This document shows positions 15,796-44,072 of a stretch of DNA of 64,000 bases, piece after piece. The notes below the pieces were generated by a model. It saw only the letters and a list, made by a program, of their open reading frames with translations, made no database searches and was not told the DNA's origin. The stretch is from Lingula anatina (lineage: Eukaryota > Animalia > Brachiopoda). The stretch covers positions 28,960,401 through 29,024,400 of the forward strand of contig CM120641.1 in assembly GCA_051362555.1 (NCBI GenBank), read 5' to 3'. The translations under genes and the position numbers were made by a program. Every line of letters starts with the position of its first letter. Position 1 is the stretch's first letter.

Positions 15796-15890
15796 ATTTC
15801 TAGTGGCACTGGCTTCCTAGTATATCTTCCTGTCATATTATCTGTTTTCCTGGTTAAACCATGCTGTTGCACGTTTCCAACTACAAGCAT
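15796..15890 (-). CDS. Candidate first coding exon A of the left-edge gene (MLVVGNVQQHGLTRKTDNMTGRYTRKPVPLE), ends in phase 2
   Basis: Lies in exon 15796-16011, bounded by an acceptor and the donor AT|gtatgt. No homology recognised. Confidence 0.35.
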
Positions 15891-16105
15891 TTTCTTCGGT
15901 CATGTGGAGTGATATGGTCGCCGTGACTTGACGGCATAGTCAGATCATAGCTCCAGGTTTCGACTTCAGTTGGTTCGTTCTCGATGTCCCGATTTTGTTG
16001 TCATCGTGCAACTACATTGGACAAGAAAAGCCATTTTCAAATATACCCTATTCAATAGCCATTTATTATTCAGAAGATAGAAAACCAACTTAATTTTAGA
16101 CGTAC

Positions 16106-16180
16106 CTGACGTAGTAGCAACAACAAACAACATGGCGGTTCTGGTGTATCCCAGCATGCATTGCGTGGGGCCCCAGCAAT
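16106..16180 (-). promoter_or_regulatory. Promoter and first exon of an unidentified minus-strand gene running off the left edge
   Basis: ZNF143/Staf-type site ATCCCAGCATGCATTGCG at 16148-16165, YY1-like ACAACATGGCGG near 16127-16138, CpG enrichment, donor CAG|gtacgt at 16106 and acceptor at 16011. Confidence 0.6.
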
Positions 16181-16699
16181 CAACAAAAAGTCAACTTGCT
16201 GCAAAGTGGTGCATATTACTTGTTTTGCAAAATTGGATCAGTTTTATTTGGTTTTATTTTCATTCCCCGAGACAATCCATGAAATAAAATCAAATCACAC
16301 TGTCTAAAATTAGTTTTCCTGTATCTGTACAGCCAAACATTTAGCTGACAACTATGATGCCCACAGATGATGCAAAAAATTGGGAAATTCCTGATAGAAA
16401 CGTTAAGAGAAGAAAATATTTTTAAAACTAATTGCTCCTTCCAAAATCCTATTTACTGTTACCACCTAAGTCCCCTTTACTTTGGATATGCTAGTACTAT
16501 GCATGACAAAAATTGTCATTAAAAAAAACTTAAACAATGAATGCACTTGTGTACTTAAAATATTGAATTAGATGAAATATTTCATATGAATACAATATTT
16601 GTCTCTGCATTTTTTTTTTTGTTTTTTTTTTTTTTTTGTTTGTTTTTGTTTTTTGCTGCCATAAACGTAAAAACCTGTCCATGCTAGCTGAAGCTTTTT

Positions 16700-17560
16700 T
16701 TCAACCATTCAATGACCGGAAATAACATTTTGAAATATTGCATGTTCATTTAACTTTTGTGAGTGACTGGCACAGTACCATAATCAGTTTGCTTCATTTT
16801 TTGTGTAGTCAGCCTTGATATGGGAGTTGAAATTAAAATACTATGTACATTTTCGATGTGTTCAAAATCTGTATCCCTTGTTCTATTAAAATCGGTGAAT
16901 TTCATATGCTACTTTTGGATAATTTACTCTATTTCATATAAAATGAACAATCCATTCTGTTGTATAATTTCTTTGTTAATTATCAGGGCAATGTAATTTG
17001 TTCAAAATAGTTTAATATTTATCATATTGATAAGTATCAATGTGTCCATCAAGATCCAATTTTTCCCATTTTAATCCAAGTTTTATGAAGTAGGTACTCA
17101 GATAATATTTATACAATTTCTAATGACTTCTTCCTTTCATTGAACTGCACAATCAATTCTTTCATTCACTTTTAGTGTACAAGCAGATATCCCATTTCTT
17201 TGTTCAGAAAAGCTCTTAGAAAATTCATCAGTGACAACAGAACACACTTTCATATTTCATTTAAATGGGTATTTATTTTCTTCTTTTTCCACACCAAGAG
17301 CTTGTTAAAATAAAACTGCTATTCATGAGTTCCTTACCAGATTTTATCACAGTTCTATAAGTGAGTACTATCATTGACATCATATATATATATATTCCAA
17401 GCATGCAAAGTGCGCTTCATTGAAATGAAAGAATAAGTTAAGCAATGCATGCCATCAAGCCAACTTTCCAAATACTGTGAATTCTCCAAATTGTTTTGGG
17501 GGAAAATACTTAAATATATTTCCAAGCAATCTCCCTTTTTCCACATGAAGATGACATTTA
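16700..17560 (-). mobile_element. Highly degenerate L1/Tx1-type LINE ORF2 3' remnant
   Basis: Fragmentary minus-strand peptides (..TLHAWNI.., ..KWEKLD.., ..VIEWLKK..) recall the post-RT region of Tx1/L1. There are many stops and frameshifts. Confidence 0.35.
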
Positions 17561-19046
17561 GGCATGCTTCATCATATTACACAGGTCATTTCTACAGTAT
17601 AAAATATTATTGACTTTCACATGACCACATCTTCAACCTACATTTTTGTTGTGAGAAAAATATGATTGCAAGACTGAAAACAATAACCGATCCACAAATT
17701 CAAACTGGCCCAACATTTCTGTCTCAGTTGGCTTGGCAAGTCGGCATGCTGAATGCATTTTTTTGGAAAGTTAACAAAGTAAACCCATTTACGAAGAGGA
17801 TTTTGTAAATTACAAAGGATCTGTGGACCTTGTGATCCCCTCCCTCCCCCAAACTAGCTCATGGCATATCATATTGACAGGTTGGGCTCATTCTATACAT
17901 GACACTAAAATTTGCCAAAATCAGAAATTCTTATTTTCTAGAAAAATGCCAGTACATTTACTTTTTGCAACATTTATCAGTCATTCAGAATTCAGGTTTG
18001 TCTTAAGTGATCAAGCAATATGGCTTAAGAGCCAGAGCAGACCACGTAACCGCAGTCTTCATTAGTTGCCATTATAACAGTAGGCTATAAATAACAATAG
18101 CATGCCTTATAACTTCCTTGGTCTCCTAACCTGTAGGTGGGATATATTAAAGACAGAAAGGCCAAATCCAGAAAAGGTGCTTTCTAGTAGAAAAGATGTG
18201 CTTAGTGATGTGGTTATCTGCTATTGCACTGGACAATTTTATTACATTGTGAAAATAATATTGTGAAAATTATTAGAGCATTTCAATAGTTGCCATATAA
18301 AGAAATTTGGACATTCAACTGGTACACCATTTCTTCATCCAATGAAAATAGCAAATATCAAATTGATAGGGATATATATTATATTTTTTAATGTAATATG
18401 ACTAGTCTTGAGTAAATACCTACAGAATAAAAGACTACAGCATTTAACAAACAAAAAGCTGAATGATATCACTAAAAGAACAAGTTTATGAAATACTTAT
18501 TTCATTTGTTATTTTCGCCTTATAAAAAATGACATTTATGTCATGTACAGAAAGCAGTAACTATGGGATTGACGATATATTAAACACTTTGAAACTGAAA
18601 TAACAATAGGTAGTCTACAGCATAATTCTGTATCTTTTGCTGATGATAAGTACAGCAAAAAGTTTCTGATAACAAGTCAGAAAACAATACTTCAGTCTTT
18701 AAACTTGTTGACAAAAGCTCATTGAAGTAGTTTAATACATCACATTTTCAAGTGGTAATTTCTAAAAGAAAAGGGATCAATCACTATCCTCCTTGAAGGG
18801 GTAGTTATGATCAATTAAATTTGACTCTATGACCAATTAATTGCTATATGCCTTGCAACTGTGGGCTCCAAAAATCTCAATATCTAATTGAGCAATAATG
18901 CCTGTAATTTTTTAGCAACTATAATATACGAGTTATGTAGTAAGATCAATACATAGTTGAATTTTGAAATTCATAACTTAAAAATACAGATGTATGACAC
19001 TGCTTCCATAACTGCTGGTCCTCTGATAATTCGCTCAATGTTTGCT

Positions 19047-34649
<15,603 letters not shown>

Positions 34650-35451
34650 GATACTGTCTTAAGAGTCAGTCAAAACATCAGGATCTGAAATATTGAGGTA
34701 TAATAGTTTAAAATAATGGCAAACAATACAATAGAACTATTGCTGTCTTTGCTAGGAAACTCATAACATGTGAAGAGGTTTCTGACAGTGTGGCCTTGTA
34801 ATATCAGAAGTTTCACAGTAAACAAAACTAGTTACATATATTTCTTCAAAACAACTGTAAAGCTGCAAGAAATGGAACACACAGTTAAAAAGAAAAGACA
34901 TCGGTTATCTTTCTTAAATTATGAAACCTCTATCTTACAAAAATGAAGTAAAAACAATACCATCTTGACCACATATACCATTGGTATAGTGTTTACATGA
35001 CTATGGTAATTGTGACTACAGTGATACAGCTACTAATCTTTTCACAAACTAATACATTTAACAACAACAAATATATTACGAGAGAGCATCCACAGTCGGA
35101 ATGACAGTCAATGACTGCTGAACACCGAACAGATGTTGTTGTTTTAAGTCACGTACGTACACATCCTTATCGCTAATAAATTAAACACTACGCTGTAAAC
35201 TTCCCAAAATTAACAAGAATCTACACTTAATATGTCCGTCCGGAGAGATCTAGAATGAATGTCCTGTGTCCACTCTCTAGCTGACTCGATTCATTGACAA
35301 GTAACTGCAATTTGCAAACCAGAAATACTATCAGTATATTCACCGGCAAAATTCTTTCCATGTACAGTACATTATTTATGAAAGGTTTTGATTAAAAAAT
35401 CATCCGATGCAAAGGTGAGATCGCAAATGATAGTCCCTGAAAGTATCTTAC

Positions 35452-35520
35452 CTCTACTTTTCCTATTAAAGGGCTACTTATGACACTATTTCTGTCACGT
35501 TGACAAGTTGAGGTTTCCTT
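35452..35520 (-). other. SEC24C: Probable non-coding first exon of SEC24C
   Basis: Strong donor GAG|GTAAGA with exon end at 35452. The ATG-containing exon has an acceptor 35 nt upstream of the ATG (exon start 34684). The TSS position is inferred, so the upper boundary is approximate. Confidence 0.6.
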
Positions 35521-35611
35521 TGCCACGTACGGCTGAACAAAGTGCCCGGATGTTGTCATGCGCACTGGTGCCACGTCAACAAATCGTGTGGAATTCTGGG
35601 ATTGTTCAAAC
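35480..35611. promoter_or_regulatory. Bidirectional SEC24C/FUT11 promoter with CREB3(CrebA)/XBP1 UPRE-type sites
   Basis: CpG-enriched segment between divergent genes. TGCCACGT at 35521-35528, TGCCACGTCA (reverse complement TGACGTGGCA) at 35569-35578, and an NRF1-like CATGCGCAC near 35557. Confidence 0.7.
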
Positions 35612-37379
35612 ATGTCAGCGCCCAGTGTGCACACGTCGGGTTGTTTATGTTTTCCTTGCCGATGTTTTTCTCTTGAATTCCCGAAACAAAATTGCTCTAC
35701 AAATTATACAGCGACATTTGTACTTTTTATCGGTACCCTTCTTAGTCTTTTGGTCTGTGTTACCGCCAATCTCGAACATGTTCGTTCTGAGTACCAATTC
35801 ACGACGCAGTCCGAGTTCCAATCATACTTAAATTTTACTGAAAAAGAGATGACACTTGACTTGCCAATCATCACATGGTGGACCAAAGGACCAGTTCCAC
35901 ATGCGGAAAAAATAAGTTACATAAAATGTCCCAATAGCCAGTGCTATGTAACTACGCTACGAAAATTTGTCGAAGACCCTCGTGCAAGAGGGTTCATTTT
36001 TTACGGAACGGATTTTTCGCCTGGGGATGTCCCCCTTCCCAGAAAACGACATCATGAATGGGCATTGTTACACGAAGAATCCCCTATGAATAACTACGTT
36101 CTTTCTCATGGAGCAGCCATAAGCATGTTCAACCACACATCAACATTCCGCAGAGAGTCCGATTATCCACTTTCAAGTCAATATATATTTTCTTTAGATT
36201 ACCTCATCAGTAGACCAGTGGTTCCAATAAAACTGAAAAATCAAATAAAAATGCAGAAGAAACTGGCACCAGTCTTATATGTACAATCACACTGTAATGT
36301 TCCTTCTGACAGAGACACCTATGTCAAGGAATTGATGAGACACATTGAGATAGACTCTTATGGTTCTTGTTTACACAACAAGGATTTGCCAGAATCTCTG
36401 TCTGATCCTGTTGAATCTATGTTCAAAGAGGAATTTCTCAACTTCATGGCCAACTACAAATTTCAAATAACCTTTGAGAATGCCATATGCAAAGATTACA
36501 TGACTGAAAAACTTTTCCGTGCCATGCATGTTGGTTCTGTACCAATTTATAAAGGTTCGCCATCTATTAAAGACTGGGTACCTACTGAAAAATCTGTGAT
36601 TGTTGCAGATGATTTTTCCACTCCAGAGAAACTAGCAGAGTTTATAAAGCATTTAGATAAAAATGACGCAGAGTACATGAAGTACTTATCATACAAAACA
36701 GTGGAAAATATCACTAATAAGTTCTTATTGGAGCATCTGTCACAGCGACAGTGGGATGATGCTTCTGACTTTATCACTGGATTTGAGTGTCATGTATGTG
36801 ACAAAGTATTTAAGAGGCAGCAAATTGAAAAAGCCCATGCCAAAGATAACACAGTGGAACTTCTGCCTCCAAAAATAGCCAGAATAAATCCACAGCCACA
36901 CCCATCACTGCCAGATACAGAAAAAGAGTTAGTATTTTTAAATCATTTGAATGCATGGATATTCACATGAAATCGTAAAATATGCATTTTTTTTACTCAG
37001 AATTTGCAATTAATATATACATGTATTATGAATTTATGCAGCACATGTAAGATCATGTTTTCTGAATTGCTCAAAATTCATATATTGTGGTTTTGTAAAC
37101 ATCTGAGGGACAAGTAAATGTTCTTGTAGGACAGTCTTCAGAAGTCCTTACCATTTAAATGATCAATAATATGTGTAGTACTTTTTTTCGTTCCTTAATT
37201 TAAATGTTTGTTGTTCTTCATGTAGGTCTGAAGAAATGCAAGACTGGATTTCCCTATACTGGTCAGACTTTGACCAAGCACTGGGACTGAGAGAGATGAT
37301 TCTTCAAAATGAAACAGACTCTAAAAAATTCTCTGGCTATTGGGAAAAGGCTCTAAAGAAGTCCAGCAGGAGGACATAA
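35612..37379 (+). CDS. FUT11: GT10-family fucosyltransferase 11 (protein O-fucosyltransferase POFUT4), 2 exons, about 489 aa
   Basis: Exon 1 is 35612-36927 (caaacATG start, donor GA|gttagt); exon 2 is 37226-37379 (acceptor tgtag|, stop TAA 37377-37379). Motifs: N-terminal TM segment, PIITWWT, HEWALLHEESPMNN, YVQSHCNVPSDRD, YKFQITFENAICKDYMTEKLFR, FECHVC. The spliced C-terminus WSDFDQALGLREMILQNETDSKKF resembles vertebrate FUT11 rather than FUT10 (from recall). An alternative upstream ATG is at 35558. Confidence 0.9.
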
Positions 37380-38810
37380 TGCCTGTCAAACAAGATGTGT
37401 TTATTTAAGTGCCAAAGCCTGTGAGAGGGCCTTTAAATGTTCATTCCCACTTGCCATAGACATTTCAGATTTACAATTTCAAACTTTATTCAAATCAGAT
37501 GTATTTCCAAATTGATTTCCTAGGGTTAAAAATGTTTAGGTAAATGCTATTTTTGAATTAGACAAATGCTTTTAGTACTGTTATTTTTAAAAATTTTAGT
37601 CATGTATTTCTTACTAGGCCATATGATATTTGCACACCCCTTGATTTATCTGTATATATTAAATATTTCCCTCTTGACTTATAAAACATTATAACGGCAT
37701 ATGGTATAAATGTGAACAGAAGTTAAATCAATCAGTGAAACATTTATGGCTCAAAGACAAATGCTGTCTTTAAAATTTAATTAACAGCAACATTAAAATT
37801 TTGTTACATGTAGAAGCCAATAATTCAGACATGGGGAAACTGACTGTATGACAGGTCATGACCACTTAAGTGTGTGTCCATGATGAGACCAGTCAGAGGG
37901 TGGCAAGGTGGGGGTCAACAGATTTCAACCAAATTCATAATAAAGTTGCATATATAGGAGATATTCACATTGAAGGCAACAATCCCAAAAGAAATCATTG
38001 GATATAATTTTAATATAATATTAAATGTTTTGGCCATTTTTGGCTTGATTTTCAGCTTCGGTCAATAAAGCCACTTCATAAGCAAATATGTCAAAACTGA
38101 TGACTTTTTAAAATAAATTGATAATTTACCTATTTAAACCAGCCATTTGCCATTGAGAATATGTTACTTATTTCAGTTTAACCCACAAACTAACTAGCCA
38201 CGCCCATTTTTATAACCCCACCCCCCAAACTCACTTTTCTACCAAGCAATGTTCAAGCATTCATATCTCTCTTTTTGCAGGGTTGACAGCCATAAAATTG
38301 TATAGGGATCCTGAGCATATATTGGTCTCATCACACAAATTTTAAAAAGTGTGTTAAACACAACAGAAGATATTGAAAAAGTGCCTCAAACTTTAGCAAT
38401 TTTAGCAGAAAACCAAACGACTGAAATCAAGATATCAGTACATTTTGAGATAATACCTTCCAATAACCAAATTTAATCAAAGACTCACAGCCAGGAATTC
38501 AAACAGTGCTTTGATAAGGGCAAATCTTTCCAATTTTTATAAATACAAGATGGCTGCCATCAATTCTGTCCCAAAATACAGTTACTGTAATTCCTCAAAA
38601 TAATCAAGAGGCCCATTTTTGCAGGTTTTTTATTTTGAGATCTGTAATACAGGATTGCTCAGATGATATTCTTTTCAAACAGAGCCATACAACTTCTGAA
38701 TAAATTTAAATTATTAGTGACAAGTTATTCACCCCCCCCCCCCCCCCTTACTGTGCATATCCAATGTCATCAGCATTGTGCATATACCTTATTTTCAGGG
38801 AGCAATAGAG

Positions 38811-40055
38811 AACAAGGCAGCAAAGCTGTCAAATGTACAGACAAAAAACAGAAAATAAAGATGCAAAATAGGTCATTTTGTCAATTTTGATGCAATAATA
38901 AATAATGTTTATAATAGCACTGTCAGTCAACACTGAATTTTAATCATGCACAACAGGTAACATGGCCAATAACAGGAGTGGACCCAGAGATATTGCAAAA
39001 TTTACCTGCATAATTATCACTGCTTCCTTATTATTAATCTAGCAGACTGGCTTAATCTTTGGGAGTTTACAGGGAAATATCAACAACTGTGCTTTATGTA
39101 ATCTCATTTAATAACCTATTAATTAGGCAAATGACTTTATAACTCTGAACTTAGCTTAGTGATACCCAAGGGAAATTTACAGACTGACCCTCTAAAAGGT
39201 CTTTCAGGCCCATAAGTCACATCTTAAGAAAAGCACAAAATAATAATGCACAAAATAGGATGCTGTCAATTCTGATGCAATAATATATTACGCTTAACTG
39301 CAAAGTCAACATCAAATTTAAATTATGCAAAACAGGTAATACCGATGAAAGTAAAAGCAGGCCCATGAGAGTTCAAGTTCATACTTAGAAAATGCCAGAA
39401 TGAGAAAAATGAGAATTTCACAAAAAGTTGCGTTAATTCAATAAAAAATGATAATCCAATAGAGCTGGTTTTCTTATTTGAGCTGTATGTCAATCTTAAG
39501 AATCATTCTTTTAAGCTAAAAAAAATAATAAGTAACACAGTTTGCTTTTTATCATAACGTTTGTGATGACAGTGCACGAAGTTGGCTTTTTGTCAATTTT
39601 GATGCAATATTACATAATGATTAACTATAATTACCACCATTTATTTTTATTAATAACGTGGTCATTTAGAAAATTTGATTACCACTGGGCTTCATGACCA
39701 TGGGAGTTCCAAGTCCCACATTGAAAATGCCAATATATGAAAGATAACAACTTCACAAACATGTACAACAGAAAAAGAAACCAATTAGATTGCTTTTCCA
39801 ACACAGGCTGCATTTTAGACCTGTGTTTCTTTCCTGTAAGTTTTAAGAAGAGTAAGTAACATGGTTTTTCTTTAATGGTCACTATAAAAGCAGTGTCCAA
39901 AATAGAGGTTTCTTCATTTTCGTTGCAATATTACATAATGCATAATGACCATCAATTTTAATAATGAAATAAAATTATCATGGATATTCATACTAGCAAA
40001 GGTCTTCAAACCCATGGAAGTTCAAAGTCACACCTTGAAAATGTCGATATGTGAA
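38811..40055 (-). mobile_element. Partial copy of the same HINE family (3' terminus retained)
   Basis: Begins aacaaggcagcaaagctgtcaaatgtacagaca, identical to 9576-9608. The body is homologous to 9600-10030 and to 59660-60740. Confidence 0.8.
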
Positions 40056-43000
40056 AAATTTAAGGATGAGTGCAGATAACCATTGGCAAAGTGCCCATCG
40101 TCAAATTTTTTAAACAATTTGCTATTATAAAGTTTATGCATATATTTGTTGTGTGAAAAAATATTATTTGGTTTGAGGCATCGTTTGAGGCATCATATTT
40201 TTAATGAGTAATATGTGGGGGTGGAGGTAACCAGATTTACCTGTTGTATGCAGTCTAATATGAATCAGAGCAAGTTATTTCAGCATATATATTGCATAAA
40301 TAATTTTTTCTAATGAAACTTGTCTTGTGGTGAAAAAAAGAGTTATATGTTAAATAATTGCGATGTGGCACAAGTAAATGGGAAAGTAATTGTTTTTTTT
40401 TTGTTTGTTTGTTTGTTTGTTTGTTTGTTTGTTTTAATCCTAGAGAAGAGAGGGAGGGGTGGTGTATTACAATATTTTCTCACAGAAACCATCACTGATT
40501 TCACTTAACTGTATAAAAGTCTTGTAACTAGAAAAACTTGTATCAGCGTATTTATTAATTTTATATAACTTTTCTCACAGACCAGCATTTGTTGGTCTAA
40601 ATAATTATATTGTTAACCAATACACATTTTGTACAAAGCCCTATAGAATAGTAAAAAATGCTAAAAGCAAAAGGCTGTTACAGTAACACAAAAAAATCAT
40701 GTGTTAAAGCACTCTAAACACCTATTTGGAATGTTTCCATTAACCATACAATAAACAAGGTATAAATTGTACCAAAATAATGATAAGGTAAAAGTAAAAA
40801 CTAAATGAAAATATAGTACACATAATAACAGTAATGGCCAATAATCTGTATGACAATGAAAATAAATCACCTAAAAAGTACTTCATATATGATAATGTAT
40901 GTGATAAAGACCTTGTATAGAAAGCAATGCAAGAGTTATTTTATACAAAATATATAAATATGAGAATAAAAAATGTATAATAAACAATAGATAATTAATC
41001 AGATGTGCTGTCTGAAACACTTTCTGCCTCGCTAATACTCTCACCACTTGATGTTGGTAAATGCAAGAAGTTATAATGAGACTCTTTATAACTTCTTGGT
41101 AAATGTGAGGCATCCTACCTCCCTACCTCCCCCCCCCCTACGCACACACACACAAACACACACGCGAAAGTTTTTTTAAACCATGCCAGTTCTGAACTGT
41201 GAATAGGGGAACTATGGGTCGCTGCATGCCATCTTCTTTCAAGCAAATCAAAAAAATGTTAAAATATTTAAGCAATTATAAATAGTAACTAAAACATTTT
41301 AATTTAAAAAATACACCAAGCATATTATCTTTTCGTTATCCTTTCTCCTTGCAAAATCAAAGCAACCAAAAAAACTGGACAACTCCACATAAATATTAAT
41401 AGCAAAAATGTATTATCACTTTAGGCCTATTGTCATCATCTGTGAAACAAGATATGAAATGAAAGTTTCTTCAAAGTGCATTGTGGATCAGTGTATATTG
41501 TGGATAAGTGTTCCAGTGTACGCGGACAAGGTCGTTCAATGACGGCCTGGGGCAGGTTTGTTACGGAGGTTATTGGCTTCGTAACTATTGATAAAAGGAG
41601 TCAGTTCGTGGAATATACTTTGTTTTATTTCCGAATGCAGGTTACAAGACTTCTATGTGCTAACTTCAACCCTTTAAGCCACTGCTCTTACTAGTTGTTG
41701 ATCCTCTGCTTTAGCACTTCAGCTTTTCGGAAATTGACTAACTTTTCAATAAATTTCAGATATATTTATATTATAATAAATTGTGTACCGTGTGCAAATA
41801 CATCAGTACCGTGTGCATTTTACCATATATGGTCAGAATTACTTTACTTATTGAACAATGCTGATTGCATGACAATACGTGAAATCATCAAACCTAATGC
41901 TGGATTACATGAGATTGGATATACAGATCAAGTACGATATGCAGCTAATATCTTTACCTTATTATGTATAATGTGATGCAGGAGGCAGGTCATTGTTTTT
42001 GCTTAGGTATCGATGTCCAAATTTCCCTTACAAATTGTCACGCTTCACAGATAAAACATGACTTTACACGTTAAATCCAAAGACTATCATGCGGTGCACA
42101 ATACAGCTAGTGCATGGGGTCAGAAAGTACAGTACCGAAGAGGGGTTTTCCAAAATTATTATTTTAAATGTTATGTTACCCCGTGACATATCTTTTTCCT
42201 CCCACTACACGTCTTCTCTCCCGTTCACCTCCAGGTTAAAATGACCACTCAGCTTCGCTTATAACACCACTACACGTCACTTCCGGGCACAATCAGTCTT
42301 CTCCGATTCCCTTTATTAACACACGTAGGAACTGCAAGTCTTCAAAATGGTTGAATAAGTTTAAATCAGTGAAAAGGGATCCAAAAAATATTTTTTCATT
42401 TTAATACTTATCATTCATCAGCTTTTGCATTTTCCATCTATTTTATCTCAGCTGCTTATGATAAGTGTTTAAATCATCAATTAATTCTTGTAAAATATAA
42501 ATAGTTTAAGTCATGAATAATCCTTAGATATACACCCAATGCATATTTTCAAAGATGCCAGTGTGTTATTGTGATGTTATACAAGTTGTTATTATTTTAA
42601 CAAAAGTTAAAAGAAAATGATAAAAAAAACACCAGACTAAGATATGGGTCCCGTGACAATCTTCCTTCTACAATTTAAGTGTGAATTACTAGTAACTATG
42701 AAAACAGGAACTCACAAACAATATTACAATCACCATTTACCGAATCTGTATTAATTATTACTTTCAACCTTAAAACATTTAAGTCAACCATGAAACAATC
42801 TATAAGAGAATTGAATTGTGTTAATTCTGAACTCCTGAGAACATCTTCAGTTATAATATAATGGCAGTGTTCCAAAACCACGATACATATTAAATACAGG
42901 CTTGCTTAAATCTTAAACGGAAAGGAAGTATTATCAAGTGTTGCACTTGCTCAGCAAAGCTGCAAATTTTATTTTGCAGCATCACAATTTCACTAGCACA

Positions 43001-43159
43001 AATCAGTAATGATTGTTAGTATATTTGTAACATATTTGATATTCGTCATTTGCCTCTAATCTTCGCTTAACATTATTAAAATATTACCACACATATTTAT
43101 GATAAATGTATGCATATTTGTAATAACTAAATTTTGTCATTTGTGACGGGAATTGGGGG

Positions 43160-43770
43160 GGGGGTCTTAAAAATAAAAAATTTGGGCCCCAATTCCCACA
43201 GCAAATATGAAGGAGTACCAGTAGATAAGGCCGGTGCCATGAAACTGAGGGTCCGTGTGACAGAAAGTCCGTCCTCCATATAGTTAGGGTTAGTTTGACC
43301 TAAGTAGGTCAAAATCTAGGGCGAGGCTCACTTGTACAAATGAATGGGAAGCGGACTCTCTGTCATGGGGGACTTTCTGGTACATGTCACCGGTGATGGC
43401 ACAGAAATGGGAAAATTCTTGGTTTTGTCTAGTTTTGCTTGCATTATACATTTATATAAAATCTGATTCTCAAAATAAATGCAATCGGCAAGTATTATGC
43501 TACAGGGATGGGAGTGAGGTGTTCTTAAGAATAAAAAAAATTGGGCCTTAATTCCCTCAGCAAATATAAAATAGTGCCAGTAGACAAGGACAATAATGGC
43601 ACAAAGATGGAAAAAATCTTGGTTTTGTCTAGTTTTGCTTGCTATATGCATTTATATAAAAAATTGGGCCTCAATTCCCACAGAAAAAAAATAGTGCAAG
43701 TAGTTAAGGATAACAATGGCACACGAATGGGAAAAAACTAGTTTTTTTCTCGTTTTACTTGTGTTATAGT
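43160..43770. repeat. Three diverged ~120-bp repeat units
   Basis: Recurring ttgggcc.caattccc.cag...gtag..aagg...atggcaca...ttggttttgtctagttttgcttg. Confidence 0.75.
43231..43393. mobile_element. MITE with ~50-bp imperfect TIRs (CCGGTG...CACCGG) and a GTTAGGGTTAG core
   Basis: Left arm ccggtgccatgaaactgagggtccgtgtgacagaaagtccg versus right arm reverse complement ccggtgacatgtaccagaaagtcccccatgacagagagtccg. It interrupts one unit of a local tandem repeat. Confidence 0.7.
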
Positions 43771-43916
43771 CAAGAACATATACATTTATACACAATGTAC
43801 CCCTTCGTTAACATTAAGAGGTGTTGGGTTCTTAAATCTACAGTGGGATTTATTTAAGTAAGATAGTTACTTCTCTAATTTGACTCAGGAAAGTCTAGGT
43901 AACGGCTCGAGTTATT

Positions 43917-44072
43917 CCTGGGGCTCCGTAACTTAAAAGCATCGCGTATTGCGAACGGCGATATCACATAGAGGCTACAGTGTATTACATGGGGCGAGCA
44001 TGGACAAGTAATGGAATCGAGACGCTTGCGCTCGGTCGCAATGCGCGCTGCTTTCGAGTTACGGGGCCCGGG
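43917..44072. mobile_element. ~155-bp MITE with ~40-bp imperfect TIRs (Harbinger-like GGGCCC ends)
   Basis: cctggggctccgtaacttaaaagcatcgcgtattgcgaacg versus right arm reverse complement cccgggccccgtaactcgaaagcagcgcgcattgcgaccg. Confidence 0.65.

Noticed and set aside
36928-36970. ORF-track C-terminus of FUT11 (LVFLNHLNAWIFT)
   Set aside because: Intron read-through; the conserved C-terminus is in exon 37226-37379.
37881-38333. 11-bp inverted repeat TGATGAGACCA/TGGTCTCATCA suggesting a MITE
   Set aside because: Short arms, no TSD and no second copy in the window.
41830-41895. Possible C/D-box snoRNA on the minus strand (TTGATGA...CTGA)
   Set aside because: Non-consensus C box, weak terminal stem, and an AT-rich guide with no recognisable rRNA target.
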